Positions 1 through 12,100 of a DNA stretch of 64,000 nucleotides are shown in pieces. The position numbers and the translations under genes are program-made. Every line of letters begins with the position of its first letter. Positions within the stretch are counted from its first letter, which is position 1. The stretch spans positions 28,088,001-28,152,000 of the forward strand of contig NC_058368.1 of NCBI RefSeq assembly GCF_018350175.1, written 5' to 3'. This DNA comes from Felis catus. Its lineage: Eukaryota. The notes beneath the pieces are model-generated. The model was given only the letters and a program-made list of their open reading frames with translations. It had not been told where the DNA came from and did not search any database.

Positions 1-2069
1 AAAGCAGCTTCAGGGAACAGGAGCTGCCTCACACGTAGTGTTTTGGAAAGACGCAAGTGTGCGTGAGTCTGGTGGGTTTGGAGAAGCCGACTCACAAAGA
101 CAGACGCCTTTAAAATTCGCATGCGTTCCTTCCTTCAGATTTGGCATGTGTTAGAAAGATGACTGACGTGGGATATTTGCAACGAGCACACAATCCCACT
201 TGCCAGAGCGTCCGGTGTGTGTGTTGGTTTCCTGACATGATTTTGTCAGTCCTCAGCGCTTTCACTTCGTCGCTGCTGAGTGTTGACAGGCTCTGCTTCC
301 ATCTCAGTCAGATGCGGCTGCCTCCTTATTCCTCGAGGGCCACTAGAGAAACGGAACGTTCCTCTGAGGCAAGGGCCGGGGATTCGAGGCGAAAAGAAAA
401 AAGATGAAAACACGTAAGAAGGATGGAAATGGGAAAAGGGGTGAGTGAGAAGACAATACAGCAGTAAAATAGTGTGTGAGGGGAAGTCGGGTATTGAGTC
501 CTGCATTTCAGATCCCGGAAAGCCTCGAGCATCACTAGAAAAGAGGAAAAGCCTTTTCTATACCTCCACACCCTTGGCACAGCCCCTTGTTACAGCTTAC
601 TCCTTCAAGGCACAGGCCAGTCTACACCAACATTTCATTAAGTCATAGGTTCATTCCAGCAGAGCTCTAACAATCCCTACCAGGTTGTTAACATATGCAA
701 GCTCAACGTTACAGTCAGGCTGAATTTTCGAGGTTTTCTATAAAGGATCTCCCTTAGTATTGCAGACCATCCGCCATGTTAGTTCCCCAGTCTGGCTGGT
801 GCCACCATGTATTGTCGCACAAGATCCTGGGTTCTTTCCAACCCTAGACTTTGGGTTTTAGCTCATCTTTGAGAGATTGCACGTCAGTTGCCTCTAAATT
901 AAAAATAGTAATGGATATCCTACTCTATATTCACTTTCGGAACCTTTCAGCCCACATACTATCCAGCCCAATTTAATTTCTGTAACTTCTGTGATTCCCA
1001 GGATTGGGTTCAATGGCCATTTCTCTGATACCACAGCGTGCTCTACAGGTCCATGCCCTGGAGCTCACCTCCCACACTCTTATGAGGCTCCTCCCCACCA
1101 GAAGGGAAACTTCTCAAGGGCGGGAAGAATGCTGTAGAATCCTCAGTGTGTAGAATGCTGTAGAATCCACAGTGCCTAGCACATAGTGCTCCGTAAATAA
1201 TGTGGAACAAATGAACGTTATTCACCTGTGCAAATGACAGAATCACATCATAGGAGCTAGGGCAGCTAATTAGGTTCTTTATATAACAACATTTTGTGTC
1301 CGAGGAGAGTGGAGAAATTCCGATTGCACATCATTTTTCCTTAAAGCAAGGCTCAGCGATTGGGATATGCGTCACTGAAATCATATTTTGTGCCAATCTA
1401 CTTCAGAGTTACTGATAGGTTTAAAACAATAGGTGCATTTTGGACAATGATTGAGTGCTACAATCATAGCTTTGCTGTTTTCAATGTACAATTTCTTCTT
1501 TAGCATCTGCTATTTCTTTCCTCTTTCCATTCTTCACAACCATCAAGAAACATTTATCCGCGAATGTCAAGTGCCTTATATTATGGTTTCCTGTGCCTTC
1601 CTAAGTTGCTTGTTTTCTTACATCTCTTTCAAGTGAGTAACCAGCAGAGTTGGGACAGCTCCCCACATAAATTTCCATGAGGTCGAGGATCTAGTCCATC
1701 GCTAATGTTTCCTCACCATGGTAAGCCATAAAATGTTCAGGGGCCCCTCCAGGTCAAATGGTTGTCCTGCAGGGCATTAGGAACTTGTGCACAATATCAT
1801 TTTCTTCTCATGACATAGCATGACACAAACTGTTCTTTTTTGAGCGACGAAGCCTCTATTTTCGATCTGGCTACGTTCTTGCATACAAATTCCTTATAAA
1901 TTATTTTTCAAATTCTGAGGTTCACTAATTCAATTAAATCCATTCTTAATTTTTAATTAAATCTGCATTTCTCCTGGTAACCTTTGGAAAGATGGAAGCC
2001 ACAATACCACATTGGAGAGAATGGAATCACAGAGCAAGACAGACGGAAAAGAGAGGCACAGTATCACAA

Positions 2070-3188
2070 GGCAGGTCCTCTTATAAATTTATTTTTGTAC
2101 CAAAAAAATGAACATTCAAAGGCAATGTTTTTACTGTACAATATAAAATATCATCTCCTATATTAAAAAGGGATTTTTTGCTGATAAGCCACTGATAACT
2201 TTTCCATTAAAAAAAACCCCACAAAATTTACAATTTGCAGCACTTGTAGAAAAAACACCTGTTCAATAATTATATAAATACTCCTGACAGATTCCAGTAG
2301 CCCATTATGTATACTTTTTGGCAATGTCAGCTTTCTAAAGTCAATTAGCTTCTAAATTTGAAAGGCACCTGGTGGCCAACATCCTGCTTATTATTCAAGG
2401 CATCCATTTTAATTTTTTTGCGCAGACTTGACAAGCCTGAAAAATCTAAGTTAAAAAGAATAAAGAAATATGATACAGTTGATAGTAGCAAAAAAAACCC
2501 ACATTTTTTTCCCCCTTAGCTGCAAGTTTTCCCCAGGGGATTTACAAAGTGCACCAGTTAAATATGTCTGTACATTTAAAACATTAAATATGTCAACAGC
2601 AAGACATTTTTTAAATATTTTGAATCAAATACTATGGCACAAATATAATTTACAATACTTTGCACAGAAAACATTACATCTGAAATATAACTTTAGATAT
2701 CATATAAAAATACATATATTTTCTCTCCTCATTAGAAAAAGTATTTATCTGCAGGTTCCAGCATGATGTAACAATTCAAAAGAACTTAACCCTTCTGGTG
2801 ATCATCCATTTGCAATGAGAGGACACCCTCTCCACTTCAGTGGCACCGTGGCGCATAACCACAGGCCAGATCCAGAGAATTAACCCCTCCCGTAGTCCGC
2901 ATGAAGGCAACCATAATTGCTCCTATGGCCTAATTCTAGGAATTCGTTACAAAATTTAAAAACCTTTATGTCAGAAAGCCCTCGGACTGTAACAACCTAA
3001 GCCAACATCTCCCATTGGCTGTAAATACATGTGCTCTCTATAGTCAAAAGCATGGAAAGAGTCTTCTTGTACCATTGTGGGTCATACCCCTTAGTAGTCT
3101 CACATCTATATACATCCTTCTTGGCTTGTTTACAAAAAATTTTCCATACCTCCTAGGAAATACATAATAACGCTCCAAAAAATGGGGC
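2070..3188 (-). other. TNFSF11: TNFSF11 3'UTR (AU-rich, about 1.1 kb; exact cleavage site approximate)
   Basis: AU-rich sequence free of recognisable repeats between the stop codon and the poly(A) signal, with several ATTTA pentamers on the minus strand. Confidence 0.8.
2088..2093 (-). terminator. Polyadenylation signal AATAAA of TNFSF11
   Basis: The minus strand reads TTTTTTTGGTACAAAAATAAATTTATAAG, followed by GT/T-rich sequence (TTGTGATACTGTG). It resembles the human mRNA end as recalled. Confidence 0.8.
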
Positions 3189-3610
3189 TCAATCTATATC
3201 TAGAACTTTAAAAGCCCCAAAGTATGTTGCATCTTGATCTGGATCCAGTAGTGAAGGGTTGGATACCTCGATGCTTATTTCCTCACCAGACCGTAGCTTA
3301 AAAAATCCTCCAACATTTATGGAATAAAAATGGAATTCAGAATTCCCTGACCAGTATTTGGTGCTACCTCCTTTCATCAGGGTATGAGAGCTCGGGATTT
3401 TGATGCTGGTTTTAGTGACATACACCATCAGCTGAAGATACTCTGTGGCGAGGTCTCCCGAAGTTTCATGATGTCGAAAGCAAATGTTGGCATACAGGAA
3501 ATAAAAGCCATCTTGGTTAACTATTAGTTTTCCATTGCTGAAAGTCATGTTGGAGATCTTGGCCCAACCTCGGTCATGGTACCAGGAGGACAGGCTCACT
3601 TTGTGGGAAC
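3189..3610 (-). CDS. TNFSF11: RANKL coding exon 5 (bulk of the TNF homology domain to stop TGA)
   Basis: Acceptor CCTTTCCTCCCCTCAG|GTTCCCAC. Lies within ORF 3189..3629. Encodes [18 protein letters not shown]...[10 protein letters not shown]. Confidence 0.98.
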
Positions 3611-6600
3611 CTGAGGGGAGGAAAGGCACATAATTTAAAATCTGTCCCTCTGGGGGCGCCTGGGTGGCTCAGTCGGTTAAGCGGCCGACTTCAGCTCAGG
3701 TCACGATCTCGCGGTCCGTGAGTTCGAGCCCCGCGTCAGGCTCTGGGCTGACGCCTCAGAGCCTGGAGCCTGCTTCCGATTCTGTGTGTCTCTCTCTCTC
3801 TGACCCTCCCCCATTCATGCTCTGTCTCTCTCTGTCTCAAAAATAAATAAAACGTTAAAAAAAAATTTTTTTTTTAAATAAAATCTGTCCCTCTGAGGAG
3901 AAGGACATCCTCACGATTCTATGAGGTTGGAGAAAAACAGCATAACAGTCATGGTTCCAATCGGAGAATACCTCCTCAGAATTTATTTTCTAAAAGGGCA
4001 GAGAAACATTAAGATGTGCTTAGCGCTCTCTGCTAGACACCTGAGAGAGTACAAAGACAAAAACCCAGTGTTCCTTCCCTGAAGGGGACTACAGGACATG
4101 ACCGATAGGTGTGGTGTATTCAGATAAGAAGCAAGGCATATGCCCTGAGAGCCAAGGTGCAGACAGATAATTGCCATGGGAATTCAAAAGAAAGAGAGTT
4201 TGGTTCCTCCCAGAAGAATCAAGAATGACTTTGTTGAATTGCAACTGAGTCTGAGAACTTAAAATAGGTACAGGAGTCAGCCAACAGAATCAGAAAGATC
4301 ATTTAAGGTTGAAGACAGAGAATAAGCCAAAGGCAGTTGATACAGAAAAGCAAGAGACAAGTATAGGAAGAGAATTTCCAGACTCTGCTTGACTCCAATG
4401 GTTCCAATCCCTGTCCAAGAATAGTATATTTCCTGAACTCCATACCTTATCCACATGAGGGTGCTAGAGTGAGCCTGAGAAGCCATTAGAGGCACTGCGG
4501 CCTCTAGGACCCACGGTAGCACTTTTTTTCTTTTTCATTGGAGGTCCCGCCTCAGGTCATCCCAGATTATAGAATCCAGAATGTAAATATCACGCCAAGT
4601 GTAACTATCATTTCAAATGTCAGTATCATCCCATGGTCCCCAGTGAATCAAGACAAGACTGCAAGACTCACAAACAGTAGTAAAATAATTCCTCCAGGCT
4701 GGTAAACAGCCACCTAAACCATCGACAAAGTAAACAAAATTCAAGAAATTTCCCATCTGAAATTATCCCATGTTTCCCTCTTCTTACTCTGTGTTCAGTC
4801 TTTTTCTCAATTAATGACTTGTCTTATAGTTTATCTCCTATGATGACTCTTAACAGAGAGAAGCAGAAAGGCAAAGTCTACTCTCTCAGTGGGAGAATTA
4901 GCTAGTATTAGACCAAGGGCTCAGACATATAGCCTGGAAAGACAAGAAAGGAATATGAAACAGAGAGGGGAGAAAAGACAGGAGCCTTGACCACATATCA
5001 CTCCCACTGTTAGCCAGTCCATTGGAAGGAATGTCCATATTCCCCACTAACCACCTCTCTTTTTATTCATCCACTCATCCATTCACCAATCCGTTAGTTG
5101 ATCAGTCATTCAATAAATATCTGTGTGGGGTCTTCTATGGAGATTCACTCTGCCCATAATAAAGAACTTTATCAAGCACTATGACCTCACGGCATTTAGC
5201 ACTACTAGTGGAGAAAATGAGAAATAAGCAAGTAAAATAAAATAGAAAATAGAGTAGTTTCGTTGCTGCATATCGCGTGGCACTTGGCTGAAGTTCAGTT
5301 AAAGCATCTAACTGCCAAGTGAAAGCTGCAGAAATTAGCGGTGATCAGAAGCACTCGGCCCACCGAGGGGACGAAGGCACCAGCGGACAGGGAGAATCCA
5401 ATCAGATGTGGATGGGCTGAGACAAGGAGACTGCGGTCAGCAAGGAAAACTGTTGGTGCAAAGAATGGAATGCACACAGCATGCAGAGAAGAAAGGGAGG
5501 ACAGCCGTCAGCATGAATGCGAAGGAGGACTCAAGAACAGAGAAGGGCAGGAGACAGGAAGAGAAAACTATCCTGTGATCAGGTGGAGGGACCTCGCGTG
5601 ACAAGCCTGGGTTTCCATGACTGATGAGGCATGCTGACGACCTTTCACCCCAGCCCCTCATCCCCCGTGGTCAGTGCCAGTAGGTGCGGGACAAGAGGCT
5701 TCTCCAAATATTTAGCCTGAGCAGCCCCCTTAAGAAAGCCATGTTGTCTGGCCTCCCAAAATACTTCCCAGTGCATTTTATTCAAGCAGCTTTGAAAAAA
5801 CCCACAAGCTAGCAATCAATATAAGGCAGATTATCGGTTTTTTCTTATGTTTAAATAAACAGAAAACAGAGGCCAAAAATGAGCATGCCAAGTTAAAGCC
5901 CCCTTTCTCTGAAGACCAGTACTGGCCCAAACCAGGAGATAAATGGACTCAAGGAGCTGTTGGCTCAGCCAGAGGAGCAAATGCTATTTTCTTAAACAGA
6001 AGCATACACTACTGCATTTCACTCAGTCACAAACTCAATAACCGTCGGAAAATAACTAGGAATTTTGCCTTGTTTTTTGGCAATGATTTGATGCTAGGTG
6101 CCTGAAGAAAACACGCTTGCTATTGCCAAACAGACTTTGGCACACAGAGCAATGCAGTATTTATCATATGCCGTTTAAAATGAACCGGAAAGATAAATGC
6201 AGAGTACATTCATAGCACACACAGCTGAGACGTCAGTATTAATTTGATTGCATTTGCTAATATGCAAAATAGGTTTCACTCAGAAAATCCGTGTAGCGTC
6301 AGTGTGAGGCACGCACACATGCACAGAGAGAACATTTGTTTATGAAGCAGGTACTTGGGACAGGACGGATAGTTTAGGAAAATGTGCTACAAACCAAAGA
6401 GTTGGCTTCTCAGCTTCTATGTCTACAGTCGGGAAACATCTCTCTGCGGCCCATGCTATGATAGTGGCTGCAAAATCATTACCAAAACTTGGATATTTTT
6501 TTTAACTCCAAGAAAAACGAGCCTTAAATGATTTTTAGAACAAAGTGGAATATGGATAATTATTTAATAAAACTCAAATAATAATAACAACTTGCTTTCA

Positions 6601-9076
6601 TGGAGTGCTTACTGTATGCCAGCTTCTGTAAGAACATGCTCCGACATTGCCTCATTCAGTCTCCACAGCCACCCCACGAGGTGGATGTGATCACCATCCC
6701 CTGAAGAAGCTGATACACAAATTATTCCAATAATTTGCATGAGGTCGTACAGCCAATGAGGTACAGTGGGCCTCACACCCTGGCTGTCAGACTTCAGAGC
6801 CCCTGCTATTAAAACTACATTCATCTATTTCTTACAGGAAAATAAGAACATAAGAGCTCTGAATTTACTTCTCTCTGACAAAGCCAACTGGCCACAGGGT
6901 CCTAATATGATAGACTGTAGTGTAAAAACCGTGGACTTGGGAACGAACTAGAGTGGAGTTCAACTTCCACTCTTGTCACCACTGTGACCTGGGCAGATGT
7001 ACCACACGGACCTCAGTTTCCTTGTCTGCGAAATGAATGACAATCACTCACCTTGCGTGCTTGTAGCAAGGATTGGAGATAATGAATTCAGTGAGATGCC
7101 TGGTACATAGAGTACGTTGGACAAAGGTCATAATGATGAGGATGGTAATGTCAACTGACACCCTATCATAATCTTCTTTGTAACCTTTTTGATGTTCATC
7201 TATCCCAAGTAGAGTGGCCATGATGGAACAGCAGGAGCATTAAAGTAGATAGAGGCACAGAGCTCTGAGTTTCTTCATTTCTAAAAGATAATCAGCTTTC
7301 CAGTGCATTGAGCTAAATTCTTGCCCAGAGAAAGCGATAAGCCCTTGGAGAAGGAGGAATATGTTTCCTTTTCTAGAGGGCTACTGCCTCTTAAATATTA
7401 CTCTGTCAAGCCCCTACCTGGAACTCTGCAAGAGATACATCCATGAACTTCATGGGTTGGCAGTGGGGATGTATCAACTTTGGTTAGGGTAAATACAGAT
7501 GAACGTAACAAGAGACTGTCCTTCCCAGTTGTGCAACCTCAACTGGCAGTCATTAAAAATAAGCACCCATTCTGATGATCTGAAATTGAAGCGAGGACAT
7601 CCATTCTGGCAGAGTTGAGAATAACTATTTCCACAATAGAGATTATCAACTGAACGCCAAATGATCTTTCTTCTGATCTAGAAGTTAAGGGCTCTCAAAA
7701 TTTTAGTAACAGGACAATAATACTCTTGAGTATTCAAATGGGCTGATAAAGGACTTTTGAAATCTTTTTCAGGCTGGATGCTAATGGAACTTACCTGATG
7801 GGATGTCAGTGGCATTAATAGTGAGATGAGCAAAAGGCTGGGTATCAGGCTTGCCCCTCCTGGCCAGTTCTAGCCATGAACCTTCCATCATAGCTGGAGA
7901 TGAGAGAAACCACGTTAGCCCAAAGAGTTCTGGCCCTATATGATTTCAAATATTCATGCAGATCCTTGCTTACCTTTCTCTGCTCTGATGTGTTGTGATC
8001 TAACTAGATGTTGTAATTCCTGAAATAAAAAGAAAAAAAAATCTTGTATATTCACTCTTTCAATCAATCAGTAAGAATTTAGGACTGTTGGAAATACAAT
8101 AAATTAATTTTCTTTCCTTCAAACTATGCCAGACATATATAGGCAGTGAAATTCTTTGGTGTTCTAGGTAGCTATCAAGAGAATTTCATCCCTAAGAATT
8201 ATGTCTATATGCTTAAAAAATAGACCACACACATGCCATCTAATAAAATACTTTGGACGATAAGAGGAAATAAAAGACAATGTAAATTATAAAACCTGGA
8301 ATAATTAAACATAATTAAGAATTTGTAGCAGGTACACAAATGAAGATGAAGTTACCCAGGAAAAAAACAATTACCACAGAATATATAACCCTCTTAAATC
8401 TTTAGGGAGGCTCTTTTTATATCTATTTCATTAGTGAATTCCTGTTATGACACTGAAGCTTGGCCCACAGCAAAGAGAATAATGCCCAGCTCCCAATGAT
8501 TAATTTTTTATTTAAAAATATCACAGTGTATTTAAAGTACTATATGGAAGTCTAAGAGCTTTTGGAGGATCAATAGTTAAGTTTAAATACTGCCACAAAG
8601 AGGTTTAGAAACAAACCAGAAAAAGAAAGAGCACAAGTATATAACGAGCGTAGGTAATGGCGTAACTCAATTTGAGCCCTGAGGATGAAGCATCCAACTA
8701 CATGCCCACCTGAATCAAGACCTCAGCGACCGTTAAATAGTAAGGTGGAGTAGGTAAAACCTCAGGTTTAACTTCAATTCAAATCCCTTATCAGCCACCT
8801 ACTTACACTAAGGACATTCATAGCACCTTCTCTATCATAAGGTGGGTGTTAAGATTAAATGACATAATGCATGTAGGCACTTAGCAGAGTGTCTCTGGTA
8901 ACTCAAATACCTAGATACTAGAAACACTCTGGAGAGATGCCTAATTCCTCTGTTACTGGGATGACCATCCATGGTAACCTTCTCCTCAGCCCCCTGCCCC
9001 ATCCCATGATGTTTAAAACATTAGCCATATAGCTTAAGTTCTTTGAGTGTCTGGAGAGAAGGGCTTTGAGATAGGT

Positions 9077-9111
<35 letters not shown>

Positions 9112-12100
9112 GATAGATAGACAAAGGCAAACGTAACTTCAACTGTTAACAGTTGGAAGGGTTCTAGAGATAAGATAACACTGAATTGTCTCTCTGCCTT
9201 CAGGACTCCCAAGAGAGATAAGAATCTATACTTTTAAAGACCCTTGGAGAAAATAGCACAACTGTTTTCTGTTACCTAAAGAAGTCAGTCTGACTTTTAC
9301 AAGGAACCATGGTTGCTCATCCAGGGCTACATTCTCCCCTTGCCTTGACCCAGAACATGCACTACAAAGCTCTGGGAGCATGGTTTGCAGGAAGTACTAA
9401 GCAAATTGTGGCAGCCCCTTTTGAGCTGTGCAATGGCCCTTACCAGACCTTCTTCTTCCCACTCCATCCAAGATTTATTTTTCTCCCCTGCTGACCTCCA
9501 ATCACCCAAGTCTCTTCTTGCGACCTTTTGATTCCCAATGGTACTCTGATTTCTGAAATTTCCTGTATTTAGTCTCCCCTGTACTTACAACAGAGATTTA
9601 TATATACAAAATGTACCTTTATACATTGTGTATATTTTTATGCACATATATACATATATATATATACATACATACACAATGTATCTTTATACATTTTACA
9701 TATTCATACATTTATAATGGAAATATATATACTTGTACATTGTATATATATATTTTTTATATTTTATTTTATTCTTAAATATTAAATTTATTGTCAAATT
9801 GGTTTCCATACCACACCCAGTGCTCATCCCATATATTTATACATTTATAGTATAATATGTCTTTATAGATTGTGAATATCTTTATACATATGTATATGCA
9901 ATGTGTCTTTATCTGATTGCTATCTCTTAAAAGATTGGAATGGGAACCTTGATGACAGAGTAACAGAAATTTAAAGCTACCTTCATTTTCCCTCTAGCCC
10001 TGACGTGCCTCATCCTCAGAGGGGAGAGGGAGGAGGGAGAAAGGAAGCAAAATTAAGTGTGTCCACAAATGTCTGGTTCGTGCTTTTCTATGGAGAAAAA
10101 CACACATCTTACGGAGAAAAGCATGGAGAGAACCTATATGCCAGCTCAGAAGTTCTTGGGCTTGAGCGTGCATCACAGTCTCCCAGAGGGCGTGTTAAAA
10201 CATAGTGTCTGACCCAGGAAGGTCTTGGGTGGGGCCTGAGAATTTGCATTTCTAACAGGTGCACTGGTGCTCCAGGCCTAAGGCCTCAATCTGAGAACAA
10301 CATTCCCTCTGACATCCCAAAAGATTTCAGAGATGGGCAAATCTGAAATACGTTTGAAGCTTCAGACCCAGGCAAAGAAGCAGCAGACTAAAGCCAGTGA
10401 TGAAATGGGCAGGGAAAGGTTGTTCTCTCCCACCTGGGAAAAAACTCCTGCCCATTCAATCAGTGACTTCTAGGTCAGAACTGTGACAGAAACTTTTCAT
10501 TACAAGAAAATTCAATAACCAGCACCAGTCAGAAGCACTTTCAATGACTGCTTAAAAAAAAAAAAAAGCCAAATACCAAAAAAGCCAAAAAAAAAAAAAA
10601 AAAAAAAAAAACCCTAACGTGTCATGACCCAGGATGAATTAAAACTCTAGCTAGAGACCCATTAGGCAATGCTGCTTTCATGTTATATTTGTTTTTAGCT
10701 ACTCAAGACTTGCAGTTCCTCTCAGAAACCCTACAAGGGAAGTTTCCATGTGAAAAGGGAGTACATGATGTGTGTAAAAGCTAAAGCTTATACATTTGTA
10801 CACACAGTATATCTTTTTTTTTAATTTTTTTTTCAACGTTTATTTATTTTTGGGACAGAGAGAGACAGAGCATGAACGGGGGAGGGGCAGAGAGAGAGGG
10901 AGACACAGAATCGGAAACAGGCTCCAGGCTCCGAGCCATCAGCCCAGAGCCTGATGCGGGGCTCGAACTCACGGACCGCGAGATCGTGACCTGGCTGAAG
11001 TCGGATGCTTAACCGACTGCGCCACCCAGGCCCCCCCAGTATATCTTTATACAAGCATATATCTTCATAGCTTTATATATAGATATATATTCATGTGTAT
11101 TATACATATATATATATATGTTTATGTATCTTTACCTCACTCCCGATTTTTTGGACTCTTAACATGAGTGTTATTTATGTGCATGGATGTCAACCATGAA
11201 GAACATTCTTCTCAGACTACTCCTCCTTTAGGGTACCCAGGCCCCAACTCCAGCCAGTCTAACGTAACTAGTCTGATACTGACTTGGTATTTTTAAAAAG
11301 AATCTAAGTGATTTTTTTCATGTTTATTTATTTTTGAGCGAGTGCAAGCAGGGGAGGGGCGAACAGAGGGGGACAGAAGATCCAAAGCAGGCTCTGAGCT
11401 GACAGGGGCTCGAACTCACCAACCGCAAGATCATGACCTGAGCTGAAGTCCGACACTATAAACCAACTGAGCCACCCAGGGGCCCCTCCAGGTGATTCTA
11501 ACATAGGGCAGGCACTGACAAACATTATTACTAATTAAGTGCTCCCGTGAATGGTTGTTTGGTGACATCTTCTCTGGTCACAGATTAATTATATTCTCAC
11601 AACTTACATATATTCTGCATATTCATACTGAAAATTAAATTACCCCTTACACTTGTAGCCAACAAAGTAGTTTCCCTTGTATTGTCGTATTTGATTCTTA
11701 TTAGAATCAGAGGCTGGGTAATTATCACTAACCTGATTTTTCAGACTGGGAAATGGAGGCTGAAAGAGAATAAGGACTGCCCTAATTAAGGCTGGGACTA
11801 GAACCTCTGCCTTCTGACTTCTCTTTTAGAGCTCTAGGCCCACCTCCCTTTACAAGATGGAATCCTCAAATACACACCTGAAAGCTGGCAGAAAAGTTTC
11901 GTGGGCTCGTGATGAGGTTCAGAACCTGCTACCCCAAAATATAATGTCTTGGCATAGTGAATATTTTTAGCTGAAGGAATTTGAGAAATGGCAGGTGCAG
12001 TAAGGACTCCCTGACCTTGTCCTTCTTCTCTGAAGCAGGTCATAAGACCGTCATGAGAGAGTGCTGTCCTCATAACTGGTGGAAAGGAGCATCCTTATCT

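Noticed and set aside
1126..1174. 23-bp direct repeat AGAATGCTGTAGAATCC(T/A)CAGTG twice
   Set aside because: A simple local duplication next to an L2-like tail. Two units only, with no spacer architecture.
2364..2378. CTCF-like TGGCCACCAGGTGCC in the 3'UTR
   Set aside because: Mismatch in the critical GGC of the core. Weaker than the site at 14074.
10555..10611. Orphan interrupted poly(A) tract
   Set aside because: No TSD or retroposon body is identifiable, so it was treated as a simple repeat.
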